DNA from: the human T2T-CHM13v2.0 reference genome, Homo sapiens
NCBI RefSeq assembly: GCF_009914755.1
Contig: NC_060932.1
Direction: 5' to 3' (one strand)
Length of the DNA stretch: 64,000 nucleotides
Below are positions 41,064 through 53,939 of this stretch, piece by piece (position 1 is the first letter of the stretch; the number at the start of each line of letters is the position of its first letter). Below the pieces are notes generated by a model, which was given only the letters and a program-made list of their open reading frames with translations, had not been told where the DNA came from and did not search any database. A program made the translations under genes and the position numbers.

Positions 41064-44000
41064 CTATTACACAGAACATTTTACTTGGTTTTCTCACTGA
41101 TTTTGTGATGTTGTCCTAATTCCATGCCTGGCACAAAGATTATATAAGCAGTAGGGTACTTTGTGGACTCACGTGTGGCCAGGTTTGTCCCAGGATCTTC
41201 ACCCTTTCACTCCCTTACTTGTGACTCACCCCAGCCTATACAGTGGGAAGAAATTGAGGTGGAGTTGAAGGGATTCATAGAGGTAATGACCCCTTGGATT
41301 GCTGGGGAGGGCTGTGGCAACATCCTCCACCCACCGCCACCTCAGGTAAAGGAAGCAGAGGTGAGAGGAGGCTCTTCTAACACGTCCTTTAAGCCAACCA
41401 AGGAGTTGGCTGCAAGGATACTACTAGGAGACAGTGAGGGAACATAGAATAAGAGGAAACTGGCCTTCTTGTCCCCAGCTGGAGACTTTTGGAAGTACAG
41501 AAGCCCTTTGCCTTTCCTGGGGCTGCCAGGGAGTACAGAATCGGGAGTGAAACTGATCCTGAGCGAGTGCACAGTGCTCCTTGATGATTACTCCTCCGCA
41601 AATTCAGAGACTGGCGCTTACTGCTTATCTGGGGAATTCTGAAGGCAAGGGGGCAGCTGGAACAGCCATAACGACAGCAAAATGAGGGGGTGTCCGAGAG
41701 TAGCCTGCTTTTTTTAATCCTGTGGCATGGAAAGGATGTGTGACTTTCCCACAGATGAAGAGGATGCTGTGAAAGGTAAAAGCTCCCTTAAAAGTTTCTT
41801 GCTTCAAAGGTGGCTTGCTAAGGCAAGAGAACACCCTAGTAGTAGGTTGGGATGGGAGGAGATATATCATTAAGAATAGGTAAGGGAGAATGTCAAGAGG
41901 CGAGCACAAGCGTGTGCTTGCCAAGCTTCTAAAGAAACTTCCTGTGTACCCCACTGAAGTGCTAGGATTTGGATGTCTGACCAACCCAGAGGTCACTGAT
42001 GGCCAGCCAGTATTAACCAAGGGAGGGCTAAAATGCAGAGTAATTGAAGCCAACAACAAAACATGCACCTTTCCTTTAGTCTTCTCTTCCTCTGTTCTGA
42101 CCTTAGAGAAACCAGAAGAGTGGGGTAAGGATAGGAAGGAAAAGAGAAGGAACAGTCCAGTTTCTTCTCCACCACTGCAGCCCTGAGTTAGGGGAGTAGA
42201 AGAGAAGCTTTGAATTGGATATGAAATTAAATTTTGATTTAGACTGGACCAGATACCTTTAATCCCTGCATGGATGCCATCATTGATGGAATGGGGCTTC
42301 TTTGTATACCTGAGAGAATGGGGCAGCTATGGGATCTGCCTGAGACAAGGACTGAGAGATGCATATCCAACAAAGCATGCTTAAAAGCAGTGATTGGAGA
42401 GAAGTAAAGCCATTTCCTGCTAAGTTCAGACTGTTCAGTCAATTGATTATACTGAGAGAGATTATGCAGTAAAGTTATTTAGCTGACTGGTAAAGAGTCT
42501 CTTTGGGGATGGTGTGCCCAGCGCACAAGGTTAAGGAGTTGGAAGATTTCTTCTGTGAATAAAATCAATGTTTGGGGCTCAGTCTATCGGGAATGACTTA
42601 TTACTAGTACTAAAATTTGTGTGTGAGATTTAATAAGTCTTTAATATGGTCTTCATTTGTTGCTTCATTTATTCAAACATTTATTAATTGCCTCTGTCTT
42701 ACACATAGAAAAAAACCTAATGCTAAGGCTGTTGTCACTGCGCTCAAGGAGAAGAGGAAAATAACAGTAATTTATACCTGCTAGTATGTGCTAGGAACTA
42801 TTTTAAGTGTGTTATGCACACAAATCTAATGTAATTAATCCAAAAGGTAGTTGCTTTTATAATTGTTTAATAATGAATAAAACTGTATTGCAAAAAGGTT
42901 AAGTAATTTGCCTAAGATTATGTAGCTAGTAAGAGTTGAGGCTGGAATTTGAGCCCAGGAACTCATGCTATGCTGCTTCTCATAATATAAGGTATTTCCT
43001 CTAATACAGAATTTAATTTAGACTGTGACTAAGTTTAAAGACAAGATTACAAGGAGAAGGATTAATGTGACCTGAAAACATTGGATAAGACTTCAGACTC
43101 ATATGTTCCAATGCTCCTGGAAGGCCAACCATAAATGGAAGGTGTATTTTTAGGACCTGGAATGAAAGGGCACGGTAGTATCATTTCAGAGTTTCAGCTG
43201 TTTGTAATATTTATTATAATATCTTTTTTGGTCTTATCACCCAGAGACATGTTCTTTGCAATAAAATAGACAGCTTAATAGATTTCTTTAATATTATTTG
43301 GAGCAGACATCATAATTTCATTTAGACTTTAAGCCTTAGGAGATATCTATATATGTATCTATAACATCTGTATCTATATTATCTAACAACGTCTGTATCT
43401 ATTTGTATTTATATCTGATAATATTGGTGGGTCATTTGTAGAGTTGTCCTTGAATTCTGGAACAAATCTCTTCTGATGCATTCTGTAAAATATGAGGAAA
43501 AAGCCTTTAACTCTTTCATATCCCAATTTGGGCCAAGGGAAGTCATAGCTATAGAAAAATGACACCCTCAATAAACAGGAACAATTAGAAGGCTATTGCT
43601 TGTTGTATTTTGGGAACAGCTTTCGAATGCTGGCTTTGTGGCACCTCTTACCCCAGAATAATGTGGTATTATCTTATATATGAAGAATTTAGCATTCTAG
43701 CTGCTGAGAACTCAACATTTCTAAGATGCTGAGATTATGTATCCTATCACTTCCAGAAACAGTTTTTGGAAGAAAGAGAGTCTAGGCCTACAGCTTCTTA
43801 GGAAGGCTTAACACAGGGTTTTTAGTTGTGCTATTGTGGCTCCTAGGCAAAGTGCAGAAATGAGAGAGCCAGTACCTGAGTCCTAAACCTCCTTCTGACA
43901 ACAATCCTCTTCATGACCCTGGGAAGGGCAATCCACTTTCCGGAACCTTTTTATCACATATGAAATTAAGGGATTTGGACTAGATATCTAGGATTCTTTC

Positions 44001-44739
44001 CTGGTCTAACATTTGATGTATTTCTTTATGGTTCAAAGCATAACCTAATGGGGAAGTTTATGACATTCTAACATGGCATACTGGGTTAGGAGTGGATGTT
44101 AAAATATTTATTTATACCACTCTTTCATCAGTAAATACAGAAAAAACTGGTGTGAAACTTACCAGTAGGGCAAGAAGTTGATTACCTCTCTTGTTTTGAT
44201 CTCTTTTATTACATGTCTTTGTTTTGCAGGCCTCTACACTTCAGTGCCCTCCTTGACCTAGTAATAAACTCTCCTCCACACTGAAGCCTTCACTGAAAAC
44301 TTCGGAATAGAAGTTGGCATAAAGTATAGTAATTATGACTTTCGTGGACTGATGTGTATGTTAAGGACTTCAAAGCATCCTACTATTCAGATGTGTGGAC
44401 TGTGCTAAAGTAGAAGAATCTATAAAACCAAAGGAAAACAAAAGTGACAAAACTGGAGGAGTTTTATTTTTATGGAGACAGATGGGCAAAGTAAGGTAGG
44501 TTGAATGCCACTTCAGTTCTAAAAGTCTATTTATTTTCTCTTGGTCTGACTGGAAGTGCCATCTATATAGCCCAACATTTTCAAGAGAAGGATGACGATG
44601 AAGGCTTCCATGGCAAAATAATGAGAAAATTGTCAAATTGTCAAAAATCAAGCTTTAGGATTCAACCTTTGACACTCATGATTCATGATATGCTTTCTTT
44701 ACTCAGCAGTGGTGTGTGTTACTTTAAATGTTTAGAAAA

Positions 44740-46065
<1,326 letters not shown>

Positions 46066-46841
46066 TAAATGTTTAGAAAAAAATTCTATCATAAATATGA
46101 CCATTTAATTTCCTACAAGTTTTTCAAAAGTTTCTTCTTGGGTTTATTCATCCCTATGGAAAATTCCTTAGAGAGATTTAAGAATCTTCAGTGAATACTT
46201 TTAGAACAAATGGAAAGAAAGCAAAAATGCTGTTTCATCATTGAGAAAAATAAAACTCAAAACAAGCTTAACCATCAAACCTCTTCTTTATTCCAATTTG
46301 TCATATTTGTAATAGCAACAATAAGCTCTTCTTAGAAATAATGTGTTCTTAGAAATAAATAAAATGCATGTTTCTTACTGCTAAATGCCAGTGTACAATG
46401 AAATTTCCAAGCCAATTTTTTGGGGAAAAGGTGTAACTTCTGTATAATGTATTTAGGATCTTAAGTGGCATATTTCTGTTGGATGGTTTATATGTTATCT
46501 ATAGATAGCACCTCACTACTAAGGCATAATAAAGAAACTTGTGCTCAAAGAGGAGGGATAAAATAAAAATAGAATTTGATTTCAACAAGTGGATTTGATC
46601 ATTTGCAAAATGGTGATAACAATCCTTTCTCTAACTCACAGCATTGTCATATTATTAGTTAATTATAATGTTAATCGTACTAATATTCATCATCTCAGTG
46701 TTCCCAAGAGGGTCCCAAGGAGGTCATACTAACTTCACTTCTTATATTTTCCAGTTTGTTAGCTTACAAGTTGTAACTGCAGAGTCTTAGCTTCACATTC
46801 ACCTTCCCCCACCATTTCTCCTCAGGTGTGCCCTAGTGTGA

Positions 46842-47409
<568 letters not shown>

Positions 47410-47568
47410 TGAACTTCAGCTTTTACTTGTAGTCTCTCTCTCTCTGTGTGAGAATGAGCCCTTGTTTTGCTAAGCCAGCCTGGAGAATACATCCCATTCC
47501 ACCCTCCATTTTTTTTTTATCATCCTTCTTCCTTTGTTTCTTCCTCAAGTCTCTCTTTTCTCCTTTAC

Positions 47569-47571
<3 letters not shown>

Positions 47572-47605
<34 letters not shown>
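47572..47605. repeat. (AC)17 microsatellite
   Basis: Read directly. Confidence 0.97.
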
Positions 47606-47608
<3 letters not shown>

Positions 47609-48566
47609 CAAGAGCAACAAACCAAGTATATCCACCCACAAAAAAACCCTCCAAACATCATTAATTCATGGAAATAGATGGGGAGAGACAAGACTGTCGG
47701 CCCCACACCAGCAATCACTGACTCAGTCTAAACAAAGAGTAACATAATAATGGTATACAACAGAGAATCACCGTTTAAATTTTATGACCAGGTCTTTAAT
47801 AAGTATCTTGCAGCCTGTTATAGAAAAACACTTTCAAATAGTGTGATATGTCTCATAATGGGAAAAGCGTCCCCTGGAAGTACTGAGCATCCAGCAATAA
47901 AGGCATTTAAGTAGACATATCATATGATCAACTTTAAGAGGCAGTTTCCAACATGTGTTGTCTTCATTGCCGGATTGGAAGAAACCCGGGGGCAACGTAT
48001 CATTTATTTAGCGTAACATTGTATTTTGCATAATACTAGAGTTTCTAAAGAATTTTCATATATACTAAGCTATTTTAATCCTTGCAAGCACCCTGTGAAA
48101 TAAAGCAAGGACTCTGCTTATTTAATAAATAAGGAAAGAGGCTCAGCATGATTCATAAATTTTCCTGGAGTTTCAGGACTGGCAAATAGCAGAATTGGAG
48201 TGTGATGCCAGCCAATTATATCCTTAAACTTTACATATATTGCCCAGTGTAAAAGTTCAAGAATGCTTATTTCTTTGTTATCTGGAAAGGGCTGCTGTAA
48301 AAGCAAACCTAAGTGAGACTGTTTGATCGTCCATGCCTGCCCCAAAGTTCCAAGAAGTTTTGAATCATGTAAAAACAATCAGAAAACCCTGTTGGTTTTA
48401 TTCCTTTTTTTCCTCCATCCCAGCTGGACTGAAATATGTAAAATCTATGGGATTTCATGTCATACCAACTGTGCAAATTAGTGGCACAATAGATTGTGAG
48501 TTTCTTCAGGGCAGGAACCTTTCATCTTAATATTTCCCCCTTATGCTGCATAGTATTGACTTAAAT

Positions 48567-48594
48567 ACACACACACACACACACACACACACAC
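48567..48594. repeat. (AC)14 microsatellite
   Basis: Read directly. Confidence 0.97.
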
Positions 48595-49573
48595 TTAAAG
48601 AAATGGATAGATGGAGAGATGGATGGATAGGTGGGTAGGTGGAGGTGACCAGGGACCCTAAAGTCTGTGACTCAAGGATCTAGGCCCAGTTCTTAAAGAC
48701 TCATATTGCAGCTGATTTTTTAAGAATCTCCCCAACTTTCTCGCTACCATTCGACAGAGAGAGAGATATTCTGCTACATTTTTTCTCCTGGGTGGCCTAT
48801 AACGGTTCACATTCACCAGTTCTTGTAACTTGTTTTTCACTCAAACCCAGCTTGCTGTTAGTCTGCTGTGTCTAAATAGTCATGGATCCTGCACCTGCTC
48901 TAAGACAGGCTGTTAAGTGAGGCTTCTTTCGGAGACTGCAAATTCAGGACTCCAGGCCCCTCAGAATGGTTGTTTCATGATTTATAGCTGGAGGTGTGTA
49001 CTTCTGTGTGCTGTTGGTCAATGATGATAAAGTAGGTATCAGTGCCTCTGTGAATTTTCTGTTGCCCTTTCATAACCACCATTTAGGAGCATTTAATCAG
49101 GAATAAAGTGCTAGGGGTGGGAAAACCATTTCAGGTTGCCATTGCACTGTGGAGGCAATTGTGGACTTTTCCCCCCCATATTTTCTAAACTACTAAAAAT
49201 AGTGTTTCACATTTACCTGCATAATTTTATGTCTGCTCTTTCCCTGCTTGAGCAGATAACATGATGACAGCTTCTCTGACCCCTAATTTTCCTTTTATTT
49301 TCAACTTTGACCATGGAGACATGTTAAGCCCCAAGGAAGCACTCATTTTTACTATCAACAGGTATAGTTGCCCCCTTAACTGGTCATAATGTCTGCTAAA
49401 TAGCATCAGGCTCTAGTAATCCAGGAGGCAATCCACATTCCCTTACTGAAACAGAGAAGGGGAAGATTCAAGATGGAGGGGATATTGAATAGTTGAATGT
49501 CATGCCTAAGTATTCTTACACGTTTACAGGTTTAGTATGCTGTGGATATTGATGCTTATAAATCTCAAGATTT

Positions 49574-49758
49574 TGGCAGTTCTCAAAGTACAGTCTCTAT
49601 CACCAGTAGTATCCGTATCACCTGGGAACTTGCTAAAAATGCAAATTTGTATCCACCCCCATCCCCAATCTACTGAATCAGAAAATCTGGCGGCAGGGCC
49701 AGCAATCTGTGCATTTGCACAGATGATTCTGATGCTCACTAAAAATTGAGAACCACTG
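49574..49758. mobile_element. MER5A (hAT-Charlie MITE)
   Basis: GTTCTCAAAGT...ATCACCTGGGAACTTGCTAAAAATGCAAAT...TACTGAATCAGAA...TGAGAACCACTG. Confidence 0.85.
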
Positions 49759-50644
49759 GTTTTAGGAAGTTTACAAAAGACTGAACCTTTTTCTTTCTGT
49801 CTTTTTAAAACATTGGTGTGGACAAATTAAATTGTCCCTTTTCTGAACAGCATTTAATCATACTGAACAATTATTCATACCTTTTCTTAAGCATATGTTA
49901 ATCATATTAGAAATGCCATTCCCTTCTCGTGCAAAAGGGCAAAATCAGCAACATCCTTCCAATGTGGGTGGGTAAATGAAGGCTCTGATACAAGAATTGA
50001 AATGAAATATGTGTGCAAACAGTTCTTAGTACTGAGCTGTTTAAAGAAGGCCTACCTTTGCACAGAAAATGTCTATAAGAATTACTCATTAATGCCACTT
50101 AATAGAGGAAGAGTAGGAGATAACGTGGGAACAGGGTCTTTTTAAAAAATACCACTTTAAAGAAGAGGCTTATGCTTCATCATAGACAAAATGCTTTGTA
50201 TAGTACTAACAGGGGCATATCTATTCCTTTAATGACACTCTAAGCCAGTGCTTTAAAATTTTATTGTTGTTTTTATTGCCCCTGGAATTCCATTTATCTA
50301 TGATAGTGTTGGATTAATGTGTGGTAAGCACATTGCCACATCAGTCCATGATTAATTAGCCGACATTTATTGAGTACTTAATATTTGACCCAAACTGGAT
50401 CAAAACTGGGGAATATAGAAACTGTCGTCTCTGCTAACAAGTTTGCAATCTAGTTGGAGAGATGGGAGTAAAACTCCTGAAAAACTTGGGCTCAATAAGA
50501 TAACATGATCAAGAGTGAGGAGACATGATATAGACTGCAAATGCAGGGAAAGTGCACTTTGTGGAGTGGTCACTCCAGTGTTTAGTATGTCAGAAAGGAG
50601 GCTTCATGGGGCAGACGGATCTCAAAGGATGCCTAAGTTCAGCA

Positions 50645-51098
50645 GTGGATTGTTTGCAGAAATGGCCTAATTCTTCCCCTGCTTGTATCTCTGCTCTTTG
50701 GCATTGCAACTTTTCAGGTCCTTATGTGAAGAGGTAGAGTCTACTCCTCTGCCCCTGGCCTTGTAATGGTGGCAATGTTGACGTGCTAATTCTGATTCTA
50801 GACCTCAAGAGACCTCGCACATCTCCGGCCACTCTATTGAAACACAACCAGCTGCCATGAACAGGCCCAGGTTAAGTCTGCTGGAGGAAGAGACCACATT
50901 CTTTATGAGATGAGATGTTTCAGCAGAAGCCATGGGAGACTAGATAGCCCCCAGCAGAGCCATCAATGAGGTCAACAGAAGAACTCCACCCTAGCTGAAC
51001 CCAGTCCAAATTGCCAACTTGCAGAATCTTGGGCTAAATGAACCAACAGGTCACCAAATGTTGAAGTAGTTTGTCATATAGTGACAGATAACTGATAC
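50645..51098 (+). mobile_element. MLT1 (H/G-like) solo LTR within L2 remnants
   Basis: MaLR LTR ending GTTTGTCATATAGTGACAGATAACTGATACA. Confidence 0.7.
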
Positions 51099-51274
51099 AA
51101 ATCTGGAAGGTAGAGAGGAAGAAAGTGTTCTAGGCCAGAGTTGTACCTCCCAAAAAGTCGAGTCAGAAATATGGGAGGCCAGGCTAAAGAAAAGTAAAGA
51201 AATTAGTAGGATTGGATGTTTGAACCACTTTCTTTCAGTAAATCGCTAGAAGCACCATGCAGGGTTCAAGTGAA

Positions 51275-51275
51275 C
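51275..51275 (+). promoter_or_regulatory. NRG1: Likely site of rs6994992 (SNP8NRG243177), C allele, type IV promoter
   Basis: Context GGTTCAAGTGAA[C]GTATACTGGAGG as recalled; lies 1180 bp upstream of the inferred E187 start, matching the reported ~1.2 kb. Confidence 0.65.
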
Positions 51276-52454
51276 GTATACTGGAGGCCAGACCTGCCCA
51301 ACTATGCTGCTAAATGGTGATCTTCTCCTGAAGCGCTCCATCAGGGTATGAGTAACAGGGAACTCCCCTTGCCAAGACACACAGGGAGTGTGATGACCCT
51401 GTCCCTCCAAACTGCACTTTGAGAGAATGGAACCTTGTTTTGTAGCCAACTATATTATGCCAAGAACAAAAAGATCTTTGTAGCTTATCATCTGTTTTTA
51501 TGTTTTATATAAAAATCTAAAGCTTCTATGACATACTTTCAAGAAACTGCTAGAGGCAACACGTAGAATCCCAGAGTAAAGATATTATGAAGTTAGAGTA
51601 CTTTAAAATTCTTCAGTTCTCACAGTGTGGATCTATCGCCCATTGAATAACAACTTTAACTGTTTTATGAGGTCACTGAATATATTTTTCACTATAAAAG
51701 AACATGAGAGAAAATATTTACCTTGAAATGCTAAAAATGTGTTCCCTTTCTGTGGAATGGCATTTGTTGAAAGGAATATCCCGGGAGAGGATGGATTCTT
51801 GTTTTAGACATAGCTCTTTAAATTTGGCAGGACATGTGGGGGTAGGGGGACAGATGGGGGTGGAGTTGGGGGAGCTTGGTATTCAGGTGGCACAATACCA
51901 GGTGGAGGTTAAATACCTACAACTCCTTATGCCTGGGATCTTTTGTTCCAATAGCCATAGAAGCTTCTTTCATTTCACTTTTTATTTTTATTTTTTGCAA
52001 AACCCATTAGTTGACAAAGTGCCATAAACTTTGTACAAAATGGCCTCGTTCAGCAAATATTTTATTCAAACTATGCTCCTATCAGCAGTACCACACATGT
52101 CATAAAGTCATGGTGAAGCAGGAATTTCAGTAAAAGAAAAGGCGGGGGTCATGAAGACCGAAGGATCAAAGGAGCATGGAGTAGAGGAGGCGTCACATCT
52201 GAAGTGCACACTGTGTGTGCGCGCTGCAAGGAGAGAGAGCGTTATAAAGTTGTTGTTTTAATCGCTGCTTGTCGCCTGCGAACATGTTGCTCCCTTTTAA
52301 GTGTCAAGCAACGGGTTCACCCAAAACTTTTCTGCACCGAGGACCCGCACGCCCGGGGTCCCACCTGCCCCTCTCTGCCTGCCTCCCACCGGCGCCTGGG
52401 CATCCTGCGCCGGCTACAGGTCCTTGCTCACTGAAGCGTCACCTCTCACTCCCC

Positions 52455-52604
52455 AGTAAGCCTCCGCAGCCCACTCGGACTGCAGCCTGTTTGCCGCCCG
52501 TCCTCCCATTGCAGCACTCGGGGCGACAGAGAGGGAGGAGGCGCGCGGGGACGGGGACGCCCAGGAGGACCCACTCGCGGGTCCCGCTCCGCTCCGGCAG
52601 CAGC
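52455..52604 (+). other. NRG1: NRG1 type IV first exon (E187), 5' UTR part
   Basis: Counting 187 nt back from the donor gives 52455, which is the A of an initiator-like CCCA(+1)GT. Confidence 0.7.
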
Positions 52605-52641
52605 ATGGGGAAAGGACGCGCGGGCCGAGTTGGCACCACAG
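52605..52641 (+). CDS. NRG1: NRG1 type IV first coding exon (MGKGRAGRVGTT + 1 nt, phase 1)
   Basis: AGC-ATG-G Kozak; known type IV N-terminus; donor CAG|GTAAAC; phase matches the shared Ig exon (A-LPPR), which lies outside the window. Confidence 0.9.
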
Positions 52642-53194
52642 GTAAACAGGCTGGCGAGGCGCAGGACGCTGTCGCCGCCGCGGCCACCCAGCGATTTCCA
52701 GGCACGCAACTCCGCCTCCAGGGCTCTCTCCCTCGCGCTCTCTCCCAGCCGCTTGCTCGCAGCCCCAGCAGCCGCCGCAGCATCACTTCACACAAAGGAC
52801 TGTCACCCGCGGAGCAGCTCCTCCACCTCCACGTCCTCCTCCGGTGACAGCAGCCCCGACAGCAGGGCTCGGGCGCGGCGGCGGCGCGGGGGGTGGGGGG
52901 ACCTGTCACTCCCTGTAACTGAGGCGGCGGCAGCGGTTTTTTTGCCTTTTCTATTTTGCCTTTTTTTTTTTTGCCCTTATACCTCTTCGCCTTTCTGTGG
53001 TTCCATCCACTTCTTCCCCCTCCTCCTCCCATAAACAACTCTCCTACCCCTGCACCCCCAATAAATAAATAAAAGGAGGAGGGCAAGGGGGGAGGAGGAG
53101 GAGTGGTGCTGCGAGGGGAAGGAAAAGGGAGGCAGCGCGAGAGAGCCGGGCAGAGTCCGAACCGACAGCCAGAAGCCCGCACGCACCTCGCACC

Positions 53195-53939
53195 ATGAGA
53201 TGGCGACGCGCCCCGCGCCGCTCCGGGCGTCCCGGCCCCCGGGCCCAGCGCCCCGGCTCCGCCGCCCGCTCGTCGCCGCCGCTGCCGCTGCTGCCACTAC
53301 TGCTGCTGCTGGGGACCGCGGCCCTGGCGCCGGGGGCGGCGGCCGGCAACGAGGCGGCTCCCGCGGGGGCCTCGGTGTGCTACTCGTCCCCGCCCAGCGT
53401 GGGATCGGTGCAGGAGCTAGCTCAGCGCGCCGCGGTGGTGATCGAGGGAAAGGTGCACCCGCAGCGGCGGCAGCAGGGGGCACTCGACAGGAAGGCGGCG
53501 GCGGCGGCGGGCGAGGCAGGGGCGTGGGGCGGCGATCGCGAGCCGCCAGCCGCGGGCCCACGGGCGCTGGGGCCGCCCGCCGAGGAGCCGCTGCTCGCCG
53601 CCAACGGGACCGTGCCCTCTTGGCCCACCGCCCCGGTGCCCAGCGCCGGCGAGCCCGGGGAGGAGGCGCCCTATCTGGTGAAGGTGCACCAGGTGTGGGC
53701 GGTGAAAGCCGGGGGCTTGAAGAAGGACTCGCTGCTCACCGTGCGCCTGGGGACCTGGGGCCACCCCGCCTTCCCCTCCTGCGGGAGGCTCAAGGAGGAC
53801 AGCAGGTACATCTTCTTCATGGAGCCCGACGCCAACAGCACCAGCCGCGCGCCGGCCGCCTTCCGAGCCTCTTTCCCCCCTCTGGAGACGGGCCGGAACC
53901 TCAAGAAGGAGGTCAGCCGGGTGCTGTGCAAGCGGTGCG
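53195..53939 (+). CDS. NRG1: NRG1 type II (GGF2, glial growth factor 2) first coding exon: signal peptide and kringle-like N-terminal domain, 248 codons + 1 nt
   Basis: Translation MRWRRAPRRSGRPGPRAQRPGSAARSSPPLPLLPLLLLLGTAALAPGAAA...KKEVSRVLCKRC matches GGF2 as I recall it; ACC-ATG Kozak; strong donor GCG|GTAAGT at 53940. The ORF-track extension to 54253 is intronic. Confidence 0.98.

Noticed and set aside
52243-52249. TATAAAG TATA-like box
   Set aside because: About 210 bp from the inferred type IV initiator, not at -30; no evidence for another TSS
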